Of a stretch of 64,000 nucleotides of DNA, positions 1-11,975 are shown piece after piece. The position numbers and the translations under genes were made by a program. The notes under the pieces were generated by a model. The model worked only from the letters and a program-made list of their open reading frames with translations. It was not told the DNA's origin and ran no database searches. The first letter of the stretch is position 1. Every line of letters starts with the position of its first letter. Source of the DNA: an uncultured Verrucomicrobiae bacterium (lineage in GTDB: Bacteria > Verrucomicrobiota > Verrucomicrobiia > Limisphaerales > JAFGQR01); the NCBI GenBank assembly GCA_963788655.1, contig CAWBHS010000038.1:182728-246727 (forward strand), written 5' to 3'.

Positions 1-135
1 CTTTGGAGTTCTCTCATCGCTTCCTGAGGAAGGGGGATTTGTTGATGTTTTTATATGATTTTCCATGCTTACTGATTCCCTGTTAGCGGTAAGACATTTT
101 CAGGATGGATTTAGGGATTGAGCGTTGCAATGGTG

Positions 136-2106
136 CTATGGAGTCGAGACTCGCAGGCGGACGAACCGCGCCGTAGCATCTTGAATCGGCGTGTTATCAC
201 GCAGGACAAGCTGGGTGGGCGTTTCGGTGAGCGTCACGAACTCCGCCGGGCCGGAGATCCACGTGAGCAGGCCGGAGGAAACCTCCACCGTGTAATTGAG
301 TTGCGCTGCTTCGGCGGCGCGGGTGACTGTCACCACGAGATACTTCTGGCCACTGTCTTCGACGATGCTTACGGACAACCGGGGTTTCGTATATGCAATC
401 CGCCAAATCGTGCCGTTGGCGTCCTCCGTCATCAGCAAGGCGCCATCGTGTGCGACGGCGACCCCGACGGGGCGTCCCCAAACATTGCGATCAGTCGCTA
501 CAAAGCCAGTCAGGAAATCATCATATCGACCGGTCGGCGCGCCATTATTCAAAGGGATTCGGACCACCTTGTATCCGGTGCGGGTCGCACGGTTCCATGA
601 TCCATGGAACGCTACAAACGCGTCGCCCTGATACTCCGGAGGAAACGCTGCCGGACCATTGTTGGCCGGGTAGAACGTCATCTGCAAAGATGCCGAATGC
701 GCCTGTTCCAACACGTCGGGAACGATTGCCTCGCCGGCCAGATCCGGCCGTTCGCCAGCATGACGGGGGTCTTCGAAACTGCCCATGTAATACCACGGCC
801 AACCATAAAAGCCGCCTTCGGTGACGCGAGTGACAAAATCCGGCACCAGGTTATCGCCCAAACCATCCCGTTCGTTGGTGGACACCCAGAGGTCACCCGT
901 CGTCGGATGAATGGCGAGTCCCACGGGGTTGCGAATCCCTGTGGCATAAGGGTGCGGCGGTTCGAGCCCTTCTGGATCAGTTACCAGAATATTTGCGCGA
1001 TGTGTTTCTGAACCCCACGCGGCCCCCAGCCCATTCGTTGCTTCCCATGCCGTAATTTCAGCAGGCGTCTTTTGTCCCATCGATTCTCCAACATTCGATG
1101 CTGACCCGACGGCAATAAACATCCGCGTGCCATCTTGGGAGAACATGACGTCCCGCGTTGTATGCCCACCCGTTGTAGCGCTCAATGTCGGAACAACAAC
1201 CTCGACAGCTCCGGTCGCTATCAGGTCTCCATTGGTATATGGAATTCGCACCACGGAGTTATTCAGCGCGATGTAGAGCCAGTGCGGGTCGTCACCTGCG
1301 GGATAGAATGCTGTGCCGAAGGGCCGGTTCAATCCCTGGGCAAAAATTCGGTTGGTCGATGGTGTGTCAGCTCCATCATTTGCGCGGAAGACACGAATAC
1401 GGTTTTGCGATGTTTCTGAAACAAAAATATCCCCATTGGGCGCGACGCGGACGATTCGGGGATTACTCAGGCCCGACGCAAACTGCTTTACGGTGAACCC
1501 GGCAGGCACAGACAAGCTGGCATTCGCGGGCCGCGGCACGACGGTGGGGAAATTCCCTGCGGATGGAGTTGCGTATGGCGCCGGTAAGTCGGCTACGGTG
1601 ATGTAATGTTGATTACCCGGCGCTGCTTCCTGCCAGTCATCCGGATTGAGACCTGTGACCGTGGGTAGTTTGTCCAGGTCAATGCCGTCTGGCACTATCA
1701 GGGTTGCCAAATAAGCAATCACATCCGCTCGGTCGCTCGCGTCGGGAACCGTCACTGACATCGTTGTGCCGGGAACGGCCGTGGCAGGATCGGTCAAATA
1801 TTGATCGAGGGTTTCCGCGTTCCACACCAATCCTGAATCCTTGAGGGCTTGGGTAAAACCAAAATGCGGACTGGTGCCTGCCCTCCGCCCCGTCACTCCG
1901 ACGAGCGTGGGTCCCTGCTTGATCACCACCGTATTGCCCGGACCGAGACTGTCGCTATGACAAAGTGCGCAACTCGTCTGGAAAAACGCATTCCCGCGTT
2001 CCGCGTTGCCGGCGGGGTTGGTTTGGGCCGTCACCATTGTCGCTCCAGCGACGCACGAAATGCTGGCAATTGACACCCACTTTGATGGTAGAAGACGTTT
2101 GTTCAT
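136..2106 (-). CDS. Secreted cytochrome c / glucose-sorbosone dehydrogenase (PQQ-type beta-propeller) fusion with C-terminal beta domain
   Basis: Signal peptide; CALCH heme motif in a cytochrome c2-like domain (GPTLVGVTGRRAG, PGTTM); sorbosone dehydrogenase motifs GIRNPVG, NERDGLGDNLVPD, FHGSWNR, GRPVGV. Confidence 0.85.
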   Translation of the reverse strand: MNKRLLPSKWVSIASISCVAGATMVTAQTNPAGNAERGNAFFQTSCALCHSDSLGPGNTVVIKQGPTLVGVTGRRAGTSPHFGFTQALKDSGLVWNAETLDQYLTDPATAVPGTTMSVTVPDASDRADVIAYLATLIVPDGIDLDKLPTVTGLNPDDWQEAAPGNQHYITVADLPAPYATPSAGNFPTVVPRPANASLSVPAGFTVKQFASGLSNPRIVRVAPNGDIFVSETSQNRIRVFRANDGADTPSTNRIFAQGLNRPFGTAFYPAGDDPHWLYIALNNSVVRIPYTNGDLIATGAVEVVVPTLSATTGGHTTRDVMFSQDGTRMFIAVGSASNVGESMGQKTPAEITAWEATNGLGAAWGSETHRANILVTDPEGLEPPHPYATGIRNPVGLAIHPTTGDLWVSTNERDGLGDNLVPDFVTRVTEGGFYGWPWYYMGSFEDPRHAGERPDLAGEAIVPDVLEQAHSASLQMTFYPANNGPAAFPPEYQGDAFVAFHGSWNRATRTGYKVVRIPLNNGAPTGRYDDFLTGFVATDRNVWGRPVGVAVAHDGALLMTEDANGTIWRIAYTKPRLSVSIVEDSGQKYLVVTVTRAAEAAQLNYTVEVSSGLLTWISGPAEFVTLTETPTQLVLRDNTPIQDATARFVRLRVSTP

Positions 2107-2186
2107 AGAATTTGGTTCCTTGGCGGTAAGATATTTTCAGAATTGATGCAAGCAGACGTTTTACTCTTGAGTGGTTTTATTTTCGT

Positions 2187-2489
2187 TCACAATTCCTGCC
2201 GCGTGGGCCGGAACAGGATTTCGTTCACGTCCACGTCTTCCGGCTGGCTCATCGCGAAGGCGACCGCACGCGCAAATGATTCGGCGGGAATCGCGGTTTG
2301 CTCGTAGAAGGAGGCAAGCGCCTGGCCGCCTTTTGACTCCATTTCGGCAGCCAATGAATGAATACCTTCAACCCGCCGCGCACCCAGCACCACGGTTGCT
2401 CCTTGTGCGGAAAGATGCCGGGCCGTCGCCTCGCCCAATCCGCTGCTCGCACCAGTGATGACGACCACTTTTCCTTTGATGCTTTCCAT
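2187..2489 (-). pseudogene. SDR oxidoreductase with large in-frame internal deletion
   Basis: TGASSGLG N-terminus joined directly to the typical C-terminus ([20 protein letters not shown]); NNAG and YxxxK core missing; only 100 aa. Confidence 0.8.
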
Positions 2490-2614
2490 GTTTGAATCCT
2501 TTCTTTCAGTTGAATGTTAAAACGACTTTACCTCACGTGGACAAAACTGTCGCATGCGGTCTTGCCAGACCTGTTGTGAAATTGCTCGAAAGTGCGGGCA
2601 CGGATTCATTGGCC

Positions 2615-3112
2615 TTACGATGCCTTGTGGACTCCCAAGCTGCTGCGGACTTCGAACCCGGGCGTCATCGCCAGTTTGACCACGAGCTCAGCCACGCTCT
2701 TACGCGAAACTTGTGCGGAGGCGTTTTTGAAATGCTCGCCCTTGTGCGTCGTGCCGTAATCAATCTCGTCGAGGTTATTCAGCCATGCGGGCCGCAGGAT
2801 GGTGTAATCAAGTTCGGATGCTTCAATGATGCCGGTCTTTTGCATGGTGTTCACGATGCACCGTGCTTGTTGCTCCAAATCACCGGCGAGGTTTGCATAG
2901 ACAACATCCTGGCCCGCCATAGTTGCCTCCAGCGTCTGGGTGTCCAAGACATCGCCTTCCACCACGCGCACCCGGTCGGCGTGGCCTGATATTTTGAGCC
3001 GACGGGCATTGCGCAAGTATAGCGTCAGTCGCGCATTGGTCTGTTCCAAAAACAGTTCGGCGGCCACACGGGCAATCTGGCCATTCGCGCCGAGAATCAG
3101 GATGTTGGGCAT
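2615..3112 (-). pseudogene. NAD(P)H-binding atypical SDR, probably internally deleted
   Basis: LGANGQIA and DYTILRPAWL motifs; MQKTG joins IIEASELD without the usual intervening segment. Confidence 0.65.
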
Positions 3113-3123
3113 GAGCGAAGGGT

Positions 3124-4705
<1,582 letters not shown>

Positions 4706-4714
4706 AAATATGAT

Positions 4715-4782
4715 TTGAACTGGAGGCAACAGAGGCAACAGAGAAACAAAAACCTCTGTTCACTCCGTTTTCTCCTGTTCAA
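4715..4782. repeat. Second related palindrome downstream of GxxExxY gene
   Basis: TTGAACTGGAG-GCAACAGAG-GCAACAGAG ... CTCTGTTCA-CTCCGTTTT-CTCCTGTTCAA. Confidence 0.8.
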
Positions 4783-4995
4783 TTCAGTTCACCGTTGCCG
4801 CCGGTAATCGCTTGGGGAAAGGCCCTGTTTCTTTTCGGAACAGTTACGCAAAATGGCTGGGATTGGCGTAGCCTACGTCGAGGGCGATTTCCACCACGCT
4901 CTTCTTTGTTTCGCGGAGCAGGCGTTTCGCTTCATCCATGCATCGGAGACCGAGCGCCGAGACTTCCAGATTACTGTTACCTAATTTTCTCTTGT

Positions 4996-5639
4996 TCATT
5001 TTGGTCTTTGAGTTCGCCAATCAGCGTTGCGCCTCGACCGGGGTGGCAGCATGTCGAGTCCGCCATTCGTTGGGTGAAGTTCCTTCCCAGCCTTGAAACG
5101 CACCCGGCAGCCGAAATGGCTCTCCAACAACTCGCGATGCTGAACAGGACGCGTCAGTTCCAACCGCAGTGGTTTGATTTGGCCGTCAGTGCCCCGGCGA
5201 CCCACGCCCAGAATCCAGGACATCACCATATCAACCAGCACTGCGGGCTGAGCTTCCGTGGCTTCGACATAAAAGAACTCCACCGCGGCTTCCTGCGCTT
5301 GGCGGTGGACGCGAATTTCTTCCGGCAGGTCAGTCGTTTGTAGCGACCGAGTCGCTCCAGAGAATCTCCAAAGGTCCGGCTGCATACGACGGCAATGGCC
5401 GCCGGGTGGAACCGCTCCAGTCGTTGTTCTGCGCCCAGCTTCAAGGCGATGCCCGGATCGGAATTCATTTCGCCAACGCTCCGCCAAAGCGCGAAGGCTT
5501 CAGCCGTCGTGACGTAAACCTTCTCCAGTTGGAAAAGGCCCGGCGGTAATCCTGCGCGTCGAAGTAGTGCCGGCAATGCAATCTTATGGTCTTCGAACCG
5601 CTGTGCCCAGGTGCGGGAGATTCGTAATCGATCACTCAT
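4996..5639 (-). pseudogene. AraC-family regulator; ligand-binding domain only, frameshifted, HTH lost
   Basis: MSDRLRIS...LERLGRYKRLTC continues in another frame as PEEIRV...LLESHFGCRVRFKAG, then ends; no HTH. Confidence 0.7.
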
Positions 5640-5889
5640 CGGTTAATGGGCTGAAATCCGAGGGATAGCTCTGTTGCCGGGCTTGCGCCATGGAATGCCC
5701 AACGAAACGGAGGCTGAGCTCGCGCTCCTTGGCATACACGTTTGGATTCCGATCGCGGTCATGGGTCCACAGTATGCCGAACGCAGAATCTCGTCACTAG
5801 CAGAAGGCGCCAATTTACTTGCTGAACACGCCAAGCAGTCGGCCGCTCGAATCGGGTTGAACTTTGCCAACTCTCGTCAGGACTTGTTT

Positions 5890-6005
5890 CATCTCCATGA
5901 GTACGTTCGATACCAATCTCGTTCTTCCACGTGAAGTATTTCGATTGGCGGTCGTAGCGAGTGCCGCGGCCATCGTTATCGCGCATCCGAGCAGTGAGCC
6001 GACGG
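5890..6005 (+). pseudogene. RadC (JAB domain) fragment
   Basis: ISMSTFDTNLVLPREVFRLAVVASAAAIVIAHPSSEPT resembles the RadC PREVF...AHNHPSGDPT motif, with HNH degraded. Confidence 0.65.
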
Positions 6006-6164
6006 CTTCATACCCCGCGTCGCGCTGGCTGAGTGCCGAGCTCCGGAGCGTTACCCCGGCTGAGCTCCATTTTCCCTTGCCCACAAAGCATTGGCGGCGA
6101 TGCCCTCATTCGTTAAATCACCGCAGACCGCGGCGGGAAAATCCCGTGGTTGCTGGGCACGCCT

Positions 6165-7361
6165 TCAGTTCGGACTGATTGAGTGACTCTGGAAATGTGG
6201 ACGCAGCACCCTCATCTGTGGCCGATCCTGCCCGTTCTTCGGTTCCAAGGTAAACATGTAATCACCCCACCACGGGCCTGCCGCCCACCAAGTGAAGCCG
6301 GCCCATACGTCCCGGTTCTGTTCCATAAACCGGAGCATGTCGTCCGTTGCCTGCAGGGCCGTCTCGTTGTTGGCTGCTCCAAACTCGCCCAGGAATGCCC
6401 GGTGCCCATGCGTCCGACACCACGACGTGACTTCCTGTAAGCGCTCGCTGCCGATAGTCCTGCTTACCGCCTCGGGCTTGGTGCCCGAACTGTTCTTGTC
6501 CAGATACTGGTGAACCTCAATCAAGTAGTGATCCAGCGGGTCAACGACCTTGAGCATCACTTGGGCGTTCCGGCTTGAAATCCAACTATGTGCCCCGGTC
6601 CACGAGTTGCCGGGCACAAGGATCAGATTGGTCGCGCCCACATTGCGGATTGCGCCGATCACGGCGTTTGCTGCCGTCAACCATTGATTATTGGGCATAT
6701 CGTGTGGTTCGTTCATCAGACCAAACCAGACCCGCGGATGGTTCTTAAACGGCGTCACCAACCTGGACCAGAAATCGGCAAACGCTGCGTGAGGCACTTC
6801 CGGACTGCCGATGATTTTCCCCCCATAGCGGGCATAATCGTGCGGATCCAGGATGATCACCAATCCCCGCTCGTTTGCTGTGCTCACGACTTTCTTCACG
6901 CGCTCCAGCGCGGCGCTTTCGAGCGGCTGTCTTAAAACCGGCTGCAGGTCTGCCCAGCGGAACGGGAAGCGGATAATGTTGACTCCGTTGCGGACGAAAT
7001 AGTCCATGTCCGTGGCGGAGGGATAGATGTAATGCTTCCCGTAGGCTCGAGTTACGCTTGCTTTCGTCGGCCCAAACTCCCCACCGGCCAAGTTGACGCC
7101 GGTGAACTCTAATGGTGCAACGGATCGAGATGACGAACCCGTGCTGTTCTTGGTCGGCTCGACAGAGGCGCGGGAGAGTGTATCGGCCGCAATGGCTGGG
7201 CTCAAACTCGTCACCAGGAGGAGGATAAGCGCGAAAGCCCATTGAATAACACCAGGCCGTGGAAACGTGCCGACGGGATGCAGCCAGCCACAGCGCCGCG
7301 TGTGCGCAAGCCGCCACCGTCCACAGAGATGCCTATGAGTTGTTGCCCGAGACTGAGCCAT
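6165..7361 (-). CDS. Glycoside hydrolase family 5 endoglucanase
   Basis: GVNLAGGEFG, IRFPFRW, LDPHDYARY, LMNEPH (acid/base), HQYLD, FLGEFG (nucleophile), WWAAGPWW; start uncertain. Confidence 0.9.
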   Translation of the reverse strand: MAQSRATTHRHLCGRWRLAHTRRCGWLHPVGTFPRPGVIQWAFALILLLVTSLSPAIAADTLSRASVEPTKNSTGSSSRSVAPLEFTGVNLAGGEFGPTKASVTRAYGKHYIYPSATDMDYFVRNGVNIIRFPFRWADLQPVLRQPLESAALERVKKVVSTANERGLVIILDPHDYARYGGKIIGSPEVPHAAFADFWSRLVTPFKNHPRVWFGLMNEPHDMPNNQWLTAANAVIGAIRNVGATNLILVPGNSWTGAHSWISSRNAQVMLKVVDPLDHYLIEVHQYLDKNSSGTKPEAVSRTIGSERLQEVTSWCRTHGHRAFLGEFGAANNETALQATDDMLRFMEQNRDVWAGFTWWAAGPWWGDYMFTLEPKNGQDRPQMRVLRPHFQSHSISPN

Positions 7362-7442
7362 GTGGCGTCTGACGAGAGCAATAGCAAGGCTATTCAAGAT
7401 TGCTCCCCGAGCGCTGAGGTTGTCGGCTCGATGGATCACTTC

Positions 7443-7514
7443 GCCTCCTGGCAGCAGCCTGCAGGCTTTCTTTGTAAGCAAGCCGGGCCGGGGCAGCACC
7501 GGCGGGAGGCTCCA
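7443..7514 (+). tRNA. Atypical tRNA-Thr(TGT)-like
   Basis: Acceptor GCCTCCT/GGGAGGC + T + CCA; anticodon loop TTTGTAA; T arm GCCGG-GGCAGCA-CCGGC; D arm degenerate. Confidence 0.7.
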
Positions 7515-7629
7515 GCGCCTGCGATGCAATGACACATCGCCAATTGCAAATGGCCGAAAAGAGGCAGGGAGGTAGGGCTTTCCTTGGACGATTTGCTCTT
7601 TGCCATTGGCCATTCGCGTAAAGCGCGCC

Positions 7630-7706
7630 GCTCGCATAGTCCAACCGGCAGAGACCCGACGTCGAGAGCGTCGCCAGTGCAGGTGCGAATCCTTCCGCGA
7701 GCACCA
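7630..7706 (+). tRNA. Atypical tRNA with GAG (Leu) anticodon and short variable loop
   Basis: GCTCGCA/CGCGAGC + A + CCA; anticodon arm CGACG-TCGAGAG-CGTCG; T arm GCAGG-TGCGAAT-CCTTC. Confidence 0.75.
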
Positions 7707-7774
7707 GCCTGCGCTCGCCGAGCTTCCGCCTTCGCCTGCTTCGGCGGGACGAGTCGGCTTGGCGAACCGAATTC

Positions 7775-7848
7775 AGCCTGCAAGCATTAAAGTGATACAA
7801 CGGACTTTTAATCCGTGGAACCGGGAGCGTTACCCTGGCGGGCCACCA
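7775..7848 (+). tRNA. Degenerate tRNA-Lys(TTT)-like
   Basis: AGCCTGC/GCGGGCC + A + CCA; anticodon arm ACGGA-CTTTTAA-TCCGT; T loop AGCGTTA; single mismatches in acceptor, D and T stems. Confidence 0.7.
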
Positions 7849-7851
7849 ATT

Positions 7852-7906
7852 TGCCAGGTCGTCTAACAGTCGGACATCGCCCTTTGAAGGCGAGCGTGGT
7901 GGTGCG
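7852..7906 (+). pseudogene. 3'-truncated tRNA-Gln(TTG)-like
   Basis: TGCCAGG-TC-GTC..GAC D arm; anticodon arm TCGCC-CTTTGAA-GGCGA; GGTGG-TGCG then breaks off. Confidence 0.6.
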
Positions 7907-8067
7907 TCTGCAAGTCGCGACAGCGACGGTCCATTCTCGGGAAACTGGCTGCAGGGCCGGGAGGCCAATCCATCCCCGGCAGCCAGTTTAATTGCGGAGT
8001 GAGGAATGCGGATTGCAGAGCATCTGCTGAGATTCCGCACTCCGAGCTCCAAATTCCGCGTTCAAAT

Positions 8068-8141
8068 CGCTCGGTGGTGAAATAGAATCACGTCTGGCCT
8101 ACACCCAGAAATCGAGGGGGCAGAACCTTCCCGGGCGACCA
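8068..8141 (+). tRNA. Atypical tRNA-Val(TAC)-like
   Basis: CGCTCGG/CCGGGCG + A + CCA; D arm GTGA-AATAGAA-TCAC; anticodon arm TCTGG-CCTACAC-CCAGA; T arm GAGGG-GGCAGAA-CCTTC; all four stems pair. Confidence 0.8.
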
Positions 8142-8564
8142 TGGCTTCGCCTCTCGGCTATAGCCCAGCAGGCCATTTGCCTCGTGGTGCTATTAGTCAG
8201 ATCGGCCTGCTTCGGCAGGCTGATGCGGACGGCCAGATAGATTCAAAATTCGAATGTAATCCCTGAATTGGACAACAAGTTCCCTCTGCGGGCCGGAGGC
8301 TGGTTTCAGCCAACTTGGAGCGGTTTGGTTCCCGCTTCTCCCCCATGTGGCGCCGCAAAAGGGCGCGTTTCGTGCCAAAAGCTTGCGGCACGCGGACGGT
8401 ATGATCGGCCAACCCGTCCTGTAGCGGGTCTTCAGGTTGGCGTATTTTGAGATCAGCATGAGCAGCGCCGACCGATCGTTCGCCAACTACCCGAAACAAA
8501 CCTGCCGCTGATATGCTGACCAGGCCGGTTTCTTTGGGCTGCTTTTGAGTGCATTTACCGTGAC

Positions 8565-9721
8565 ATGAACCGGCAAGCGTCAATCACGCGTCGCTCGCAA
8601 AGTGGGATTCGTGGCTGCCCTCGGGGCTGTGGGAGCCCTGGTGCTCCTGTTTGCGGCGCCCATTCGCATCGACCGTCCCGCACCGTTCATGTCGCCAGCA
8701 GGTTACATTCGGAGCGTCTTTTTGGGCGCTTCGGCTGTTGTTCCTACCGGTCGTGGCGTCGCCCTCTTTCCGCTTTTCCGATAGAACGGAAGAAACTCCC
8801 TTCTGGGAGTGTCTCCATTTGTAGCCTGCCTCCTCATCGTCTTGCCAGAGGGCTGCCTTTCGCGGTCTGACCCGGATCACTCCTCCTCTGCAACGTTCGC
8901 AGACGCCCGGGCGATCGCCGGGGTTCGAGAAATGGTTAGGCTGGGGCCGCCGGGTGCGTTCACTTCATTTTCTTGCGCTTCGCGCCGCTCTGGACGTTCT
9001 GGTCTATTCGTCTTTAGTGGGCGTTGGCCAGGCAATCAGGAATTTTCGAAGTTCGCAGGAGCGGGAACGGCAGGCGGCCGAATTAGAGGCCAGGCTCACA
9101 AGCGCCAAACTGCAAGCGCTGCGGATGCAGATCACCCGCATTTTCTTTCAACACGCTCGACTCGATTGCCGCGTTGGTTTATGTCAACCCGCGAGCGGCC
9201 GACGAGATGCTGGGTGATTGAGCGAGTTGCTGCGCCGCTCTCTTCATTCGATGGCGGAACAGGAGTTTCCCCTGGGGCAAGAGCTTGAATTCATTGGGGC
9301 CTATCTCAGCATCGAGCAAAAGCGTTTTGGCGAACGGCTTCGACTGGAACAGAGCGTCCGGATGAACTCAGGAAAGCCCTGGTCCAGCTCTCAATCTTCA
9401 AGCCCTGGTCGAGACGCTATCGACACGGCATCGAACCGCGGCGAGGCCCGGGGCTCATCGCGATCGAGGCACAACAGGAAGATCAGCATCTGCACCTGAT
9501 TGTCCGGGACAACGGCAGGGGCTTGCCGCTCGCGGATTTGAACCGCACCGTGCGGCGTGGTATCGGGCTGGCCAACACCAGCAAGACTGCACGGACTCTA
9601 TGGCCAGGACCAACGTTTCTCGTTCGGCAGGGCTGAACCTCAAGGTTCAGTCGATATTCACCTCCCCTTTCACTTGGAGCCGGTGCATGTTCCCACCATC
9701 TCGAACGAGCCAGCCGCATGA
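8565..9721 (+). pseudogene. LytS/YehU-family sensor histidine kinase, multiply frameshifted
   Basis: Fragments in several frames: TM segments, KLQALRMQI, LSELLRRSL, LGQELEFIGAYLSIEQKRFGERL, VRDNGRG, GIGLAN; immediately upstream of a LytTR regulator. Confidence 0.8.
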
Positions 9722-10479
9722 AAATCCGAGCACTCATCGTGGATGACGAACCGTTGGCAAGGCAGCGTGTTCGTTTGCTATTGAGTGAAGAACCTGACGT
9801 GGAGGTCATGGGAGAAAGCGAAGATGGTTTTGCGGCGGTAGACCGAATCCAGGCAACCAAGCCGGACCTGGTCTTTCTCGACGTGCAGATGCCGGACATG
9901 GATGGATTTGAGGTGTTGCGACGAGTCCCGCAGGCATTGCTGCCGGTCGTGATCTTCACGACGGCTTACGACCAGCACGCGCTTCGGGCGTTCGAGGTGA
10001 ATGCGCTGGATTATCTCTTAAAGCCATTCAAGCCCACTCGGTTCAAGGAAGCGGTCCAGCGGGTGCGGGACCTCATTGCCAACAAACAGGTCGGCGTCGC
10101 CGCCCGCGGGCTTCTCGCGCTCTTAGGTCAGCCGCCGGCACTTGCAGGTCAACTCACTCGATTGGCGGTCAAGACCCCGGGCAAGATCACGTTTGTGGAG
10201 TTGGCCCAGATCCAGACCATCGAGGCCGCCGGCAAATACGCTGTCGTGAATGTCGGCAAGGAAAATCATATCCTGCGCGAGACCATGAGCGCGTTGGAAT
10301 CCCGTCTCCCTCCGCAACGATTCCTGCGCATCAGCCGCTCGGTCATCGTCAACATTGACCAGGTCCAGGAGCTTCAACCCCTGTTCAAGGGCGAGAACGT
10401 GGTCTTGCTGAAGAACGGGAAGAGCTATCCCACGACACGTCCGCTTCGCGAACTCCAACAAAGACTGGAATTCCGGTAG
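9718..10479 (+). CDS. LytTR-family response regulator
   Basis: IVDDEPLAR, FLDVQMPDMDG, FTTAYDQHA, FLRISRSVIVN. Confidence 0.93.
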   Translation: MKIRALIVDDEPLARQRVRLLLSEEPDVEVMGESEDGFAAVDRIQATKPDLVFLDVQMPDMDGFEVLRRVPQALLPVVIFTTAYDQHALRAFEVNALDYLLKPFKPTRFKEAVQRVRDLIANKQVGVAARGLLALLGQPPALAGQLTRLAVKTPGKITFVELAQIQTIEAAGKYAVVNVGKENHILRETMSALESRLPPQRFLRISRSVIVNIDQVQELQPLFKGENVVLLKNGKSYPTTRPLRELQQRLEFR

Positions 10480-10742
10480 AGCCTGAGATTTTCATTTCGC
10501 GGAAGGTCTCAAGCACCGACTCAACGTGCGCAGTCTGGGTGGTTTTGCGTTTCAATGGGTGCGCTCCTGACGGGGATCTCAACATGTGATCGACTCGGCG
10601 GGGATCAGGTTCATTCCTTCTCGCTGGCGTTTCGCACCAGAATTACCCGCCTTCGTTCCAAACCGAAAGCCAACTCCCAGAAATTCGCGCACAATGGTGC
10701 AGCGAAAGTGAACTTAGAGCTTCAATGGAAAAGCAAACGAAA

Positions 10743-11063
10743 ATGAAACGGAAATATCTCTTCCTGGCAGCAGCAGCGCTGCTCGTCGCCGGAGGATTGT
10801 GCCTCGTTCGGTCGGCCTGGCGCACGCAATCGTTCCCAAAATCGAGCACGGACGTCGGCCTTAAAATGCCACGCGACCAACCCCAGTCCAACCAGGTGCT
10901 CGGTTCTCCCGATTCGCGCCTGGGGATCGGCTCTGAAATGCCAGGCGGCCAACACGAGTCCGGCCAGATGCTCCGGCCTCCCAATCTGAATCGGCGGTTT
11001 CTGGACTTCACTCCGGAACAACGGGTCGAGTTCGCAAGACAGGGGCACGGCCCCGGAGGATGA
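10743..11063 (+). CDS. Small exported or membrane-anchored hypothetical protein
   Basis: MKRKYLFLAAAALLVAGG signal/anchor; co-oriented with the next gene. Confidence 0.55.
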   Translation: MKRKYLFLAAAALLVAGGLCLVRSAWRTQSFPKSSTDVGLKMPRDQPQSNQVLGSPDSRLGIGSEMPGGQHESGQMLRPPNLNRRFLDFTPEQRVEFARQGHGPGG

Positions 11064-11103
11064 GAAATATCTGCCTAACCCGACGACCACCAATGACTGA
11101 ACT

Positions 11104-11874
11104 ATGACTCTGCTTATGAAAACATACCCTCTTGAGGCGAACTGCTGCGCAGGGAGACGCAACCGCCCGACCCGGTGTTACAACGCGCTCAAAAACAATC
11201 TGCGACGAGCTTTCGGATTCGGATTTCGGGCTTATTTCGATTTCGAAACTCGGATTTCGGACTTCCGACGCGCCATTACTCTCATTGAATTGCTTGTGGT
11301 GATCGCCATCATTGCCATTCTGGCGGGCCTGTTGCTGCCCGCTTTGGGCCGTGCGAAAGCCAGAGCCTACAACGCGGCTTGCGCGAACAATCTTCGGCAA
11401 CTGGGGATTGCCACCCGTCTTTATTCTGATGACCACCAGGAGCGCTTGCCGAGTGCGGAGATCCTTCCCACGCTGCCCATCGATCCCCAAAATCCGTTAC
11501 CACGTATCTGCGATGTCCTGGCGCGTTACGTTGGCCGAACCACTGGCACCACCCCAAACAGTGCAACGGCCTTCAAATGCCCGGCCGATCAACGGGGTAG
11601 GTTCACCGCCGAAGGATCGAGTTACGAATGGAATGCCGAGCTGAACGGGCATCGCATTGATGAAACTCGAACCGATAGCGCCTTCCTTTTATTGCAACCG
11701 GGGAACCTCTCCGGCGGAATTACAAACTTCGTCCTAACGTTTCCTCCAGGAACGACTCCGCTCTTTCTCGATTATGACGAGTTTCACCCTCGTCCACCCG
11801 AATCCGGCAAGAACGTTGTCTTTATGGACGGGCACGTGGCACCTCTGGAAGCCATTCGCCACGACTCCGAGTAA
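11104..11874 (+). CDS. Prepilin-type N-terminal cleavage / H-X9-DG domain protein
   Basis: [40 protein letters not shown]...NVVFMDGHV. Confidence 0.9.
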   Translation: MTLLMKTYPLEANCCAGRRNRPTRCYNALKNNLRRAFGFGFRAYFDFETRISDFRRAITLIELLVVIAIIAILAGLLLPALGRAKARAYNAACANNLRQLGIATRLYSDDHQERLPSAEILPTLPIDPQNPLPRICDVLARYVGRTTGTTPNSATAFKCPADQRGRFTAEGSSYEWNAELNGHRIDETRTDSAFLLLQPGNLSGGITNFVLTFPPGTTPLFLDYDEFHPRPPESGKNVVFMDGHVAPLEAIRHDSE

Positions 11875-11975
11875 AGGCCGAGGCCAGCAACGCCAGCATT
11901 AGTGCAGAACACAAGTCGCGTTTTTGGAGTTTCAAGAGATTCCGGCGTGCGACATCAGGACGCGACGTGTATGTA

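Noticed and set aside
1..66. Possible start of a minus-strand gene (MENHIKTSTNPP...)
   Set aside because: Only 22 codons lie in the window, too few to support a call.
6165..7637. Long N-terminal extension of the GH5 ORF
   Set aside because: It overlaps the tRNA-like genes on the opposite strand and is not protein-like; the true start is downstream.
8193..8486. IS200 TnpA fragment (SALLMLISKYANLK)
   Set aside because: Resemblance is very short; no HUH motif or FW..GY motif.
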